Shown: piece by piece, positions 27,801 through 40,319 of the stretch | Position numbering within the stretch: the first letter of the stretch is position 1 | How the letters are laid out: each line of letters starts with the position of its first letter | Source: Raillietiella orientalis | Taxonomy: Eukaryota | Direction: 5' to 3' | DNA length: 64,000 bases | Assembly: GCA_036172245.1 (NCBI GenBank) | Contig: JAYWIR010000007.1 | Location: 1,674,001 to 1,738,000 of the forward strand | Program-made: the position numbers and the translations under genes | Notes under the pieces: generated by a model | Told to the model about the DNA's origin: nothing | Seen by the model: the letters and a program-made list of their open reading frames with translations, nothing else | The model's database searches: none

Positions 27801-30053
27801 GAAAAGCAGAATTTATTGTGCTTGCATGCTTCCAACTCTAATCAATACCCTACAATGAAACTGAATTTCCATGAGTGCTACGTTAATTGAAATACATTCA
27901 AAAACAAGCTATAAAATCCTCAAACTGCATACCTAATTTAGAAACATGCAAATTTATGTTAAAAAAGTCTGAACTTTGGTTGTATAAATAAATTATTGGG
28001 TTAATGCAAATGAGTAAAAAACCTAAGATGAATTATATAATGAATCAAATCAGAAGAAAATGACTGAAAGAATTCACTCAGAGGTGCTCTAATTGAAAAT
28101 GGGTGTAAAAGGAAAACTAACAAGACCTTTTTAGGTATCTTTTTGTTGTCTTTTCATCATTTTTATAGAACCCTACTGCAATGAGTTTTCAATTGCAATG
28201 TTGATAAATCCATAAAAATGGACATAATTTTAATGTATAAGATGCAAGTAAAAATTAATGATTTTAACAATTATACAAAAATTTTACATTGCTGCTCACA
28301 AAGATATCCAACTTCAGTAGTTCTCAGTTGTGTTGCATTATACCCAAAATTCACGTATCAATTATGTGCAGTGACACATTGAAAAATACGCTAAACAAGA
28401 GAGCTAATGCAAATGCAAAATACTGAATGAACTTCAGAAAGTATTCTCATTAGGATGACTCCGAAAAAGCAATTTTATGCAAATAAAAAGAACATGGCCT
28501 AAGAGTGATATACACAAAATTAGATTTTCTGATAATTTGGGTTTGTTACATTTATTAATAAAATTTTCCTGGTGAGAATATCAATTCCATAAACCTAAAC
28601 TCCCTGAAATACTCTGGCTACTGATGCTGAGCTTTTTTTCAGTTCCTGCATTACATTACACACTTGTGTGTTTCTTAATTAGTATATTTTCCCTAGATTT
28701 TATAAAAATAAGCTCAATCATGAGTCATCAACAAGTCATCTGTGCTAGCAAATTTCTTTCCCATTGTCACTTTATTTGGATAATTTTTGAGTGGTACAAG
28801 AAATCCATACATGATTACTATGCATCTTAAAATATAGTTATGAATTTAATAATTAATTTCTAAAAACATGCCAACATGCAAAGCCATGCATTTAAATTTA
28901 GTAGGCATGTAGACAAAAATTATGAAAAAAATCAGACTTTGCATGAATGGTTCAGCAGCAAATTTCTGATTTTTGAATCTAGAATTTAAAAGACACTTTG
29001 TCACAATTTGAAAATGCCACTAAGTCAATCAACATATTTAAAATGACAATAAACAAGACAAAGATTAGCAACAAAGTACTTTTATAGCTTTGCAAATGAT
29101 GAAAGGATTTTCAAAAGGTAGAAAACGGCAACTGAAATAAAAAAAATAAATATACTACAAATCCAAACGCACTATAACTATCCAAAATCCATCTTCTGGT
29201 TCATAAAAATACTGTCTTGTTTTTTCAGTGTGAAGAACTTCAGCTGGCTTTTTTTGATCAAATGATCTAAAAAGAAATCATAAGCTCAAGGAGCCAACGT
29301 ATGTTCAATATCAAAAACAAAGTATTTTCCTGACTTGCTTTCAAAATACAATGTTTCACTGAGGTTCTTAAAATTTGCTTACGATATGAACCTAACAGTT
29401 TTTAGTTTAACTATATCAAATATATTTTCTAACTGTAGGTCTGGATGAATGAAACTATATTGTATTCAGAATAAAACAATTCAGTATAATGACATATTTA
29501 TAGGTGGGAAATCTTACAATGTGAAGTTAAATTCGCTTTCAAACAGAAAAACATTGAAACTTCAAGATATATCACATCTGTTAATTTCACAAGGATGTCT
29601 TTAATCTTTCAGCTTTTCATTGAAGCAATTCTCATTTCCGAATACATGTTGAATAAATACCACTATTTCAAAATTTACATTTAAAGTTTGTAAGATAGCA
29701 AATTATCATAGTATCCACAAGTTCATTAGTGCACAAATAATTGTCACTCATTCTATAATCATTTATCTCTCAAGAAGTTAATTTTCTTGGATAAACAGTT
29801 TGTAATAGCTCTTGATGTGCTTTCAAAACAATCATACCTGGTAAATTTGATTATCCCCTCAGACAGACCAACATCTCTTATTTTTTTTTCAAGAGAAGTT
29901 TCAGGAGGGTAATAATAGATCAGTTTCTTGAATTCCTAAAACATGCTTGTATAAATACCCAAGAGTTTTGGTATTTCATACCTCTCCTTCTTTCGAACAA
30001 TAACTGGAATTGTAGATAAAGTACTTCAAAATATTGATACTTTCACTTTCCAT
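24861..30053 (-). CDS. CCZ1: Vacuolar fusion protein CCZ1 homolog (Mon1-Ccz1 Rab7 GEF subunit), 10 exons, 459 aa
   Basis: Minus-strand exons 30053-29982, 29935-29838, 29266-29173, 27632-27426, 27379-27204, 25893-25756, 25706-25561, 25404-25140, 25095-24968 and 24916-24861 have GT-AG introns and total 1380 nt in frame. CCZ1-like motifs: YFIYNSSYCSKEGEEFKKLIYYYP, VGLSEGIIKFT, FYEPEDGFWIV, LIWSGMQQAD, GRFLTGP, KYIYFNSSNLAQK, C-terminal FSNIFFLS*. Confidence 0.95.
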
Positions 30054-33000
30054 AATGATACTTCACAAATCAGGAGATTAAATAATTGCACCATTGGATA
30101 GAGGTGAAATATGCAAACAGACCTGTGAAAAGAAATCAACTAGGAAATTTGACAGATTTTAAGTAACTGAAATACTCCAGATACGATATTGATCATTTGG
30201 ATTAACAAATCACAGAAATTATTTACACTTTCCCAAAAAGTTTAAAACTTTTAAAACTCGTCTTAAAAATATTTTACATCACAAATAATGGCACTTTTGG
30301 ATGAAATTTCAGCAATCACGTACAAAATGCAAGCAAAGCAAACCCAATAATGTACATGATCAATATCCATCGAGCTGCTACCGAATACCTTTAATACTCA
30401 AAAACGCATAATCATAATTATCAAAAACACGTAATTATCTACTAATGCTAAACTCGCTTCACATACATCAAGAAATAACTTGAAATCAAGCACAAATGTA
30501 TCTGCTTGTTTCATAAAGCTATTAAGACTTTAAGCTGGATTTGGGATGAAAACCCTCCTTCTGCCGCAAGCACATCCCCAAAGTGCAAATGTTATCAAAA
30601 CCCGGTGATCGTACAGAAATACACGCAAACACCATCCCGGTGTTCTCTGGCTCAGACGGAAACGACTCTAGAAAAAGTTGCAGAGTTTGCTGATACGAGT
30701 TTTCTGGGAATCAACTGCAGCACCTGTCGCCGTGTCCCGAACCGTTGCTGGCATTTCCGTTTACAACTTGGCTTCCTCTGTTTCCTCCATATACGAGGAT
30801 GTGTCACTTTATGATGTTTATCCTAACCGAGGTTGACCGACAACCACGCACTGGGAAAGTGAATGATTCTGCCACCACCGAAACCACTCGGCAGGCCACG
30901 CGAGCTGCTTGAAGCACTTTCGAACCGATTTTTGCTTTGAATTCGGCTCGGCCCACGAAGACCCCCACGACGTCTGCAAGCAACCTGCGGCTCGCTTCCA
31001 AAGCAGGGTGGCACAGGCGTAACTGTTTTCAAGTCCAGAACAGGTTGCAGAATACATTTCATATTCATACATAAGCCTGGGTGATCCGGAATGCCAATTT
31101 GATCTGCTTGGATGAATGAAGGCATCTTGAGAAATGATACTTTCATTCAGGAAAGGAAAATGATCCTGGAACTGCATAAGAGAATCCTGGTCGTAAAAAT
31201 GTACGCTTCTTGTCCACGACCGAAGTCTTTGGGGTAATTTAATGAAACCGTGAGGGGATACGACTACTGTGACATTATTCAATCATGAATGATGTTAAAA
31301 TCAATGATATCATATCTCAACAATCATTAGGCTAGTCAGGTATTAGTGCGGTTTCTTGGATTCTGGGCATTGATACCACGTTAGCTTAAGAAAAATTGCA
31401 TCCTTGTGATCTTCAATTTAATGAAGCTCAGTTTCCAAGATCTAGGCTTATAAAAATGATTTCACAAAGAAATTAAAACCAAACTCTTTGGAAGACTAGC
31501 TGTACCTCAATTGTAAACATCTACACATTTGAACACGAGACAAAAACAAAAGAATTTTATGATGCATGCGTAATGACTCAATAGAATCAAGTGTTGATGA
31601 AATAGAGCACATTTTGTCTGTCTTTTGCTGAGATTTTTTTTTCATTTCAGCGATAATTACATTAGGGATTTTATTACATGCATTTCATTCAAAATGTACT
31701 CCATTATTATGTATGCTTATAATTAGTATTTTGATTTTCAAATAAGTCATATAAGTTTTTTAATGTTCGTGTAAAGGCTCAATCGGGAAACTAAGAGCAC
31801 CGAAGTAAATGGACTACAGTGTTAATTAATAGGAGGTAAAGTTAACTAGACTAACATTTACCAGAAGCAGGAAAAAAATTGCTTGAACAACCAGATACTT
31901 TTTTTTATCCTGTAGAAGTATTTGACTAAAATCGGAGGAGTTTACTTAAATTTTTGCTCGAATTTCCAAAGCAGAGATGAAATTTTCAAAAATTTAAACT
32001 CAGTTTAAATCTTGCCGAGAATTTTTCCCATGATACTTACTGTTGTTTTATTTCCATTAAATATGGAGGAATTGAGTTTGAAAATGAAATTTTGAATTCA
32101 TTCTGGGTCGAGCGATAGCTGAGATTTTAATCATCTACAAAAGCAACATTATCAGCTCATTAACAAATTTTTGTATGTATCGTGTATCCATGCCTCTTAC
32201 TCTACAAATGTAGAAAATCATGTAAAAAACATTGAAAGTGAAGAAAGAACACGAAAACCCATTATGCAAAATTTAAAGCTGTGTGATTATAGGCGATCAT
32301 TTCCTGAAGGACTTAAAGATTCAATGAACGCAGCCCACTTCGTGAATAATATTTAAAAAGTTGAAAATTTTTCTTTAAAAATTCCTTTTTATTTATAGAT
32401 ATTGTATAGGTACAAATATGAAAACGAAAAAAAATACGAGTGCACTTATTTTGCTTTTTGATCTCCTTGGCTTGACCCCACTGAATTGCTGCAATTGCTG
32501 CGTCCTCTGTCTTAGTCTCAGTTTGCTTCCGCCTCTCTGATTTATCACTGGAATTGGATTTTCCTGTCTGAGTACGTTGCTCTTGGAAATACTCAGAAAA
32601 TACAGTTGTTCATTAAAAAGAGGCTGACAAAAAACAAATAAAGTCATCTCAAGATAATATTATTGCTCAGCGTGGAGCGAATTACTTTCATTAAAAAAAT
32701 TTATCTTGAAAGAACTGACTCCTACAGCTGATGCCGGAAATAAGCTCAGACCATGATCCTGCAATCTGGAAACTTTGTAAGCATCATCAATCAAGATAAA
32801 TTGGAATTGCCAATTTTTTTTTTTCTTGAATTTTTTTTTCCTTGATGATTTTTCGATGAGTTCCAGAAACCTCTGTTGTGTAATTTTTGCTATGATTCTA
32901 ATCTGCCTGACTGTATTTCTAAAAGGAAGCATTTATTTTTTTGAATACTTCTCTTATAATCGATTACATTGATAATGCTTTTGGTTCAATTTCGTTTATG

Positions 33001-34549
33001 ATCTTATCGTTGCATAACCAACAGAATAAAACGAACCGATCGTCGTGTAATATGTAACACTTGTAAAATCGTTTGGTAAACGTAAACAAAGACTGTTGCA
33101 CGAATACTTTAGCACTTCTCAAGATGTCAAAGTGATCACCTTGAAAATGGAAAAGCAACACTTGTACTCCAAGAACAGGAGAAACATCCTCTCTCAGAAT
33201 AGGGCACGAGCTGAAAGATATCATCTGAATCTGCATATCCCAAGAGCAAAAGTAACTTCTCTATGGAGTGAGGTACAAATGTCCCAGATGGGACCAAAGA
33301 GGTGAAGACGAGCACCTGATACAGAAAGTTCCTCATTACATGCACTCAGGACGAGTTGTTTTCATGAAGTCGCAAAGAGATTGCAAGAGATTCCTGTTAG
33401 CGAGAGTGCTCATAATAACGACCATGCCATTCCTTAAAAGATTCGCTGTTTTCAGAGCGTTATTTCTGCTTTGTGATTTATCTGTTTAATTATTGTCTTC
33501 ATTTATCTGAAATCAGGAATACACAAGCATCACGGCGAATTTCTGATGGATGGCACAGACACAATCCCACCCTTCAGAAATTCACTTTGCTGCCCATCTT
33601 CTCTGGAGTTGAAATAAACACGATGATTCTCCATTCCAGATTCAGTTACTCAATTTCGTAGTATCTCTTTTTGATTGTTTGCTCCAGGTTTGGTTCAAGA
33701 GAACCTGCAGGAGCAATCCTTCCTACATGCCTCCTTAAGATCATTTCCCGTGTTGCCATGGACACATCCATCGGACATCCTGTATATGACAAGTAAAATC
33801 AAACCGTGGATTCTTAAACAGAGTGCATTTTCATGTGAAGTTCGTCTTTTTTGACTTCATACGCTCACTCCGTGTAAAGTTACAGCTAAGAATGGCCTAA
33901 GTGAATGAAGGGTACTTAAAGTAGATGTAAAACTAATGTTTTTAATTTCCTGTGCCCTTCGAAGCTTTAGTCACTATTCTGTGCTTAACAGGAGAATCAG
34001 AGAAGGGCACCCAGGGAACAGGGGATCTCTTTCTGATTGCCCTCCTCCTCGGATCATAGCCATCGATGTCCCTGAGACCGTAACTACGAGCGTCCGCTTC
34101 ATCTTCACCATCATCGCCAGCACCATCGCTCACACTGCTGTCACATTTCACTCAGAGGACCACCCTTACGAAAGCACAGCTGAACCAACAGCCGAAGGTC
34201 ATGCGCTTCTCGGTCCAGAGGTCCGCCTCATCCTATACCCAAGGATGAGGCACGTCATGCTGACCTACAGAAACTCCCTTGGCATGACTACTTCGCAGAG
34301 ATTGTTTTACCTCTTTCTTTGTTCCCTGTTTTGTTCTCGTGGAGGTTTCTTCCTTTCTAATAACAAATATGTGTGAAAAATGAATTTTCGGAAATTTTAC
34401 GTTTTGGTGAAGGCGGGGAGGATATCCTGAAGGGAAATTTCATTAGTATTGATTCTTAATCCTTGTAAGTTGTTTTTATAGACACGCTTGTGGAGTCATG
34501 GCATCCTTTGGATGCATTTAGCATTTCAGGGCGTGTGTCCAGGAAGGAA

Positions 34550-35800
34550 TGTTTATATGAAACTTCCAGAGTACCCCCAATTCTCATCCTCCTGATAAAA
34601 TAAATACAGAGGACCATTTGTGTAGATTTCTAGACTAAGATAACGCTTCGAAAGAGCGAAAGAAACCTTCAAAAATTTTCGAAGACGTGTCCTGGAATTT
34701 GTCTCTCCAGATTTCGATCCCCACGCACTACGACGCAAGGCTCTGGGGAAAGGCACGTCGGACACGAATTCCGCACTGTGTCAGTAAAGATCTCGATTCA
34801 CGCGGGAGTAGTGTCAGGAAGAGCAAAATGACCAGGATTGGATGAAAGGTCCATCTTGCTCTTGAAGCACTACAAAACGAGATCAGTCCTTGCCAGCTTC
34901 CGTTCTGGAAGAATGCGAGCGAAGCGACCTAAAGATGACAGCGCACAGAAATGCATGTCTCATAAAGGAAAACACACATACGTAAGTGTTCGAGTCCTGA
35001 GCAGACCGTCGCCACCAGGAGCACTGCAGTCGTTTCTGCGTTTAGCACCTCGAGGCGCAGTCCATAGAGCAACTATGTCTCCACGGATCAGTACATTCCC
35101 ACGAATCGGGACAAAATGTTTGAAGTTCCCTAAGAGTGATTCTTGGGTAGGCTCTCCGCCTCGTCTCCTGACTTGACCACTCCGAAATCTTGAATGTTTC
35201 CTTTTTCCAGTTGACAGGACTTTGGGAGCCCAGGAAAAAAAACGAATAGAGCAGATTAAGAAAAGTACCTCCCGATTTATAGATCTCATATCAGGTTTTA
35301 CCTCCAGTCCCTCCCTCCCCCAAAGTTTTCCGTTTTCATCAAGATAATAGTCTGAATCACGAAGAGAGAGATGGCCAGTCTGCGTTGGTAAAGCATCCTG
35401 TTGGGGCTCCGAGTCCCATGAAACCAGCATCCCAAAGGATTCTTTTCTTCACTTGTGGGAAAACAATATCCATACTAGGAATTGCTACTTGACCCTGGAT
35501 GGCTCCTCGTGAGCAGCAGTAGTGGACTTCGCCTGCCTCTATAAATCTTTTGCTGGAGCACAAGAGGAGGCAAAACGAAGGAAGGAGAGACGGGGAATTG
35601 ACTCCGCGCTCCACTTTGCTGATAAAGGAGCCTTAGCATCTGTCAGGGAGAGCGTCTAGGATCCCTAGAGTCATTAGTTAGACAGGCGAACAGAATGCTG
35701 GCAAAGTAGAAGATCCCTAAGTGATCGACAGAGCACATCAGAACACACATGGGGTGCTCCCACGAACTCTACTACAAGAAGATGAATTCCGCGGTTGAGG
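34550..35800 (-). mobile_element. Degenerate LINE ORF2 post-RT fragment
   Basis: KKRILWD...LWGREGLEVKPD resembles FLW...GGLGLPD, and SSNPGH resembles the STSNPGQ of other copies. Confidence 0.45.
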
Positions 35801-35819
35801 TTACGCGTTTATCTCTCAA

Positions 35820-36200
35820 AGAAGAAAAGATAAACTGACCATGTGGATTCGAGATTCTACTAGACTGTTCAAGAACATCAAGGGGCAGGAAACAACGAAA
35901 GAAGGGAACCGCCGACTTGCAGGCCGGCTACACGGGAAGAGAGGGAAGGAATCAGTAAATAAATCAAAGGAGAGGAAGAGACAGGGGTCGCCGGTCACAC
36001 CCGCAGCGCCCTCTGGAACCTGCACGCGATGCCAGTGGCCATCCCCCTTTACTCTGGCGTCCCGCAAAGACCTCTTTGTCGCATCCTTGCTGGTGCGGAG
36101 TGAAGGCGTGTGTCTCCTTCCTTGCTATCGTGTCTCCTCGATGCTCCTGGACGCTGCAAACCTCCCGACTCAACGAAGGATAGGGGAGAGCGGGGGAGGC
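35820..36200 (+). repeat. Diverged inverted repeat, arm 1 (arm 2 at 39000-39340)
   Basis: Shared blocks CCATGTGG, TCTACTA.ACTGTTC.AGAACATCAA, AATCAAAGGAGAGGAAG.GACAGGGGTCGCCG, TGGAACCTGCA.GCGATGCCA. Confidence 0.85.
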
Positions 36201-36693
36201 GGACGAACGACCGTTCCTCGCGAAGAGCTGCTGCAGTTCTGGATTGTGAGGTAAATCTACGGAGCACAGGTTGGATCACCACCAGCTGGAATGGAAAAAC
36301 CCTGGTGAGACGACAGCCGGTACAAGGAGGTGAGATAAAAACGACGGCAAGACAGTGGTCACTGGTTGTACGTCCTGGCTCCATCATTTGTATACACAAA
36401 ACAGCTTCTTTGCTGGAGGAGTAAATCTTTAGATTTAGAAACAGTGACCATGAAGAAACTCAACCTCTAACTTTCATCTGGTTCCACCAGGGCGTTTATT
36501 GTGGAAAATATGTATCCACAATCAAACAGTCAGTATAGACAAGGGTCTTCCTCCGTAGTGGGATTGGAACTCCCACTCCATTGGAGCCTCTGTAGTGGAG
36601 TTCCAATCCCACTACGGAAGAAAGGCATCCCGAGAACCATTATTCTCCTGGATTACTCGGGGGCCGCGAGGGCCCGCGGACAAAGAAGCATTT

Positions 36694-36738
36694 TCGTCGT
36701 CGTCATCATCATCATCATCAGCAGCAGCAGCAGCAGCA
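36694..36738. repeat. Compound trinucleotide repeat (TCG)n(TCA)n(GCA)n
   Basis: Directly visible. Confidence 0.9.
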
Positions 36739-37759
36739 CACCGAGCACTCCGGAGAGCCTGTGAGCCATGGTGTCCAGTGTGACCAGTCGGGTGGACGCC
36801 TCCAGGGTTGAGGTCATCGAAGAAGTCCGGTGCATCGAGCAACTGCACTCTGCACTGCTCCTGCGGTTGTATTTGAGAAGCGTCGTCTCCGAGAATTGCT
36901 CCTAAGACTGCAGTTGCGTGTCCGCGTCCCAGATCCGGAGCGTTATCTACGGGTCGTGACCTTTCAGGCAATCGTAGCGGTGGAGAAGAGCTCTCCTCTG
37001 CCCTCCCAACTGAAGAAAGGACCCTGGAGGCCCATATGAATCCTTTGAGATTTTATTCCAGCCTCTCTTCTACTTTCTCTTCTCCCTTTTCCCACTGTCG
37101 TCACCGCCATCAGGTTGGTAAAGGGCGGTGGAGACCAAACAAAGCCTCCCTGACCATCACCTATGAGACACCGTGTGCCCGGCTGCCGCTCGTCTTGTAG
37201 CCTGCTCTTTTCCCCTTCCTCTTTTGTGTGTATGTGTATGTTCCCATTTTCCGGTCGATCTCGGGGCAGCACCTTTACCTGTGGCCTGAGGTCTTCCCGA
37301 AAGGAGGCGAACAAGAGGGGGACGTCCCCGTCTCTTCCAGTAACTGGCATCTCCCGAAACTTTCCTCTTACTCGCCTCCCATTCTGGTGGCATTAGCGCC
37401 TCTTCCCCTTCATTCTATCAGGAAGACTGAGCTCTTTGAAGGGAGCATACTATTTCCCTCCACCGTCTGGAAGAGTGATTTTTTTTTCCCCTGGCGCGTC
37501 CTGGACAAGCACCAAGAAACAGGAAGGAGGAACACTCCCGGGGTGTGTTGAACTGGTCTCTGAGGACAACAAGAAAGACGGAGTCAGAGTGACAGTGAAG
37601 TTTCTCCCTCGACGGAGGATCTCTTCCCCTCCCGATACTCATCCCACCACGTCCGTAATACTCCCGGAGGAGATTCCTGAAGCAGTTTGCCGACAGGGAT
37701 CGTTCGCTCAAGGAAAACGAAGGAAGGGAGGGGAAAGTGAACAAAAAACAAAATGAAGG

Positions 37760-38400
37760 ACAAAAGAATGTTTTTAAATGTTAGGAGGGAAAAAAACATT
37801 GTAACCTCCCTGAAGTCCTCAGCATCCTTCCCGGGATCCTGGCAAGTTCCTTTTTCCTATGAGTGACGTGCATCACTAACCTCAGGTAGGAGAAGACGAG
37901 AATGGACGTTTACGTTGGTCTGTTTCGCCTTGGCCTCTTGCTGTCACGTCTTGGAGGCAGCACAAAGCTGGAAGCGTCACGCGCGTAAAGAGGCGCCCCA
38001 ACACGTCTTTCAGACTGTCCCTCTGTCCCTTGGGGATTAGAAGACCGTTGGAAAACGCTTCCACACACTCCGGAGTGCAGCGTACTCGAATGGCAAATGC
38101 GGGAAGGTTTCCTTCTCAAGGCGCCTGGACTGTTCCGGAGTCGCACTTCCCTCGTCCAGTGGTAAAGACGTCCACTCCTTGAAGACCTGGTTGCTCCACG
38201 AAGGGATGCATGACTCGGCATCCTGAGAAGATTAAGCTCCAGCTCCGTTCAGGATGATGGCCTTGGTGGCCGAGAACAGGGTACGGATTCGGTGCCTGTC
38301 TGTGCACGTAAATCCTGAGGCGCACAGCCGTCTGCGAGGAAACGGCGTCACTGTTACCTCGCAATCGCAACCGCACGAAGGTTCCTGGAGCCCCTACTGA
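37760..38400 (-). mobile_element. Degenerate LINE zf-RVT/3' fragment
   Basis: ACCACTGGACGAGGGAAG (HWTRE) and DSLKDVL resemble the 40980-41300 copy. Confidence 0.5.
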
Positions 38401-38999
38401 GGCAGGTCAATTCCTCACTACGAGAACATCCGCGAATCTCCTGCTTCCCGGCAAACTGCAACGCTCGGCGACAGGAGTCACCTGGATCGCCGCGTTGGTG
38501 CTTCCTGCCCACACAACCTGGGAGCGGTCCCCACCAAGAGGAAGTGGGGAGGGATGGAAAGGAGTGAGCCCGAACCAGTCCTCTCACCCTCACTCTCCTA
38601 GCCGCAGCACTCGCTCTCCTGCCCCTACGAGGGAGAGGCGACAGTGACCGACACGCATGACGGGTAACCTCGTGTCCCGTGGCCGGAGCGGCGAAAGTGG
38701 ATGACGGATCAGTCGGCTGACGCGGTGGGCACCTGGTGCCCGCGCCGAAGGGCTGCTCCGTCAGGCAGGATGCCAGAACATTCCGCCTTGGGATATTTAC
38801 CTACCTGGTCAGCTCTATGGCCCCCCCTCAGGTGGCAGAACGAAGAGGCTTTGCCATTCGGCGCTTGCCCTTCCCGGCCGCTCCTCTTGGTCCCGAAGGC
38901 GCTGCCTCCGGAGAGTTCCTTCGCCGCTCCTTCGTGCGGGACTAGGAACATTCGCCCGCCTTTTCCATCGCCCCCATCTTTCGTTGCGTCGGGAGGATA

Positions 39000-39340
39000 G
39001 CAGCGTCCCCCTCGTCGAGTGCAAGGAGCACCGAGGGGGCGCGGCGGCAAGGAAGAAGGGCCACACGCTTCACTCCCCAGCAGGGAGGGATGTGACAAAG
39101 AGGCCTTCGTGGGACGTCAGAGTGAAGGAGAGTGCTCGTTGGCATCGCATGCAGGTTCCAAAGGACGCGGCGACCCCTGTCCCTTCCTCTCCTTTGATTC
39201 ATTGATTGCTTCCCTCTTCCCATGTGGCCGACCTGGCGAGTCGGCGGTTCTCTTCTTTTTCCTTTCCCTCCCCTTTGATGTTCTCGAACAGTTTAGTAGA
39301 GTCTCCAACCCACATGGCGTGCTGTTTACCTTTCCTCCTT
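39000..39340 (-). repeat. Diverged inverted repeat, arm 2
   Basis: Reverse complement aligns to 35820-36200; the ORF track shows parallel peptides (ESVNKSKERKRQGSP versus EAINESKERKGQGSP). Confidence 0.85.
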
Positions 39341-40319
39341 CGGCGCCACCGGTTGCAGGTGGTGCTGGCGCTCGTTGCCAGGACCGCCCAACTCAGCCAT
39401 CGAAATGCCGAGTCCTGTCACTTCAGGGGAAGCACGGAGGGAGTCCGCGTGGATCTCCTGAGCTCTTCCAGGGGAATTTGGAGGAGATCTGAATTCGACC
39501 TCAGATGAGGCTGCGCTGCTTTGTGCATAGAGGTTCTTTGCCACTTCCAGGCCGCAGCCAGAGGTTTCCGGTCTTCATGGAACCTCAGGAAGTTCAGGAA
39601 GCGATTCCAGTGAGAGAAGCCGCTTGCAACAGAGACTTCGCCCGGATCCCGGTGACTCATCCGAGAGGCGGTGGCCATCCAGGAGGGGAGCTGCAAAGAG
39701 TGCACGTGTAGCCGGATGCGAGTCAAGTTCATGAAGATGAACGAGAGGCTCCCGTCGAGAGGAACATTGCGGATGCTGATGGTGCAGAGCATCATGGACC
39801 CTACTGGGGAAACGATCTGGAATGCACCCTGCTCACAGAGCTGAGGATCAAGGAGCCGCATCAGATGCAGGAAGGAATTGAGATCCAAAGGACGAAACCA
39901 GTGGAGTGGGGCGATAACAAGGAAGAAATGGTTGGTCAGATTCGCCGAAAAAGAATTCTGCTAAAGTCATAGCCTTCGGGCAAGATCAGTGCGCAGAACC
40001 CAGGGGACCGGATGCATCCGCAATGTCTCACCATGCAGGCCACGTAGACCCAGGAAATCTCCCTCTCTGGAGAGTCCTCTTTTCTTTTGAGGGAATGTTA
40101 TGGCAACGGCAGGTTTTCGGAGCCAGTTCCCTAGGAAACCTTACCGCACCCTTTCCCAGTGGCGTTCAATTCGAAACTCTTAAGAGCAACATGGTTTTCG
40201 TGTTGAGAAGGGGGGGGGGGGGAAGGTCATGGAAACCGTCAGCGACTGCCACGTGCTTCTTCGCAACCTGTTTGCGGCGGGCGAGCTGACGGACGGCCCA
40301 GGCGAAGGGGGGATCCCTT

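Noticed and set aside
30500..31290. ORFs upstream of CCZ1
   Set aside because: No recognisable homology. The region is more likely CCZ1 promoter or 5' UTR, but there is no direct evidence for that.
32390..33500. Short ORFs with possible splice signals in the AT-rich island
   Set aside because: I could not join them into a consistent frame or recognise a protein; an unrecognised gene cannot be excluded.
33752..33765. RFX X-box-like GTTGCCATGGACAC
   Set aside because: The second half-site is imperfect, it lies far from FoxJ1, and such a match is expected by chance.
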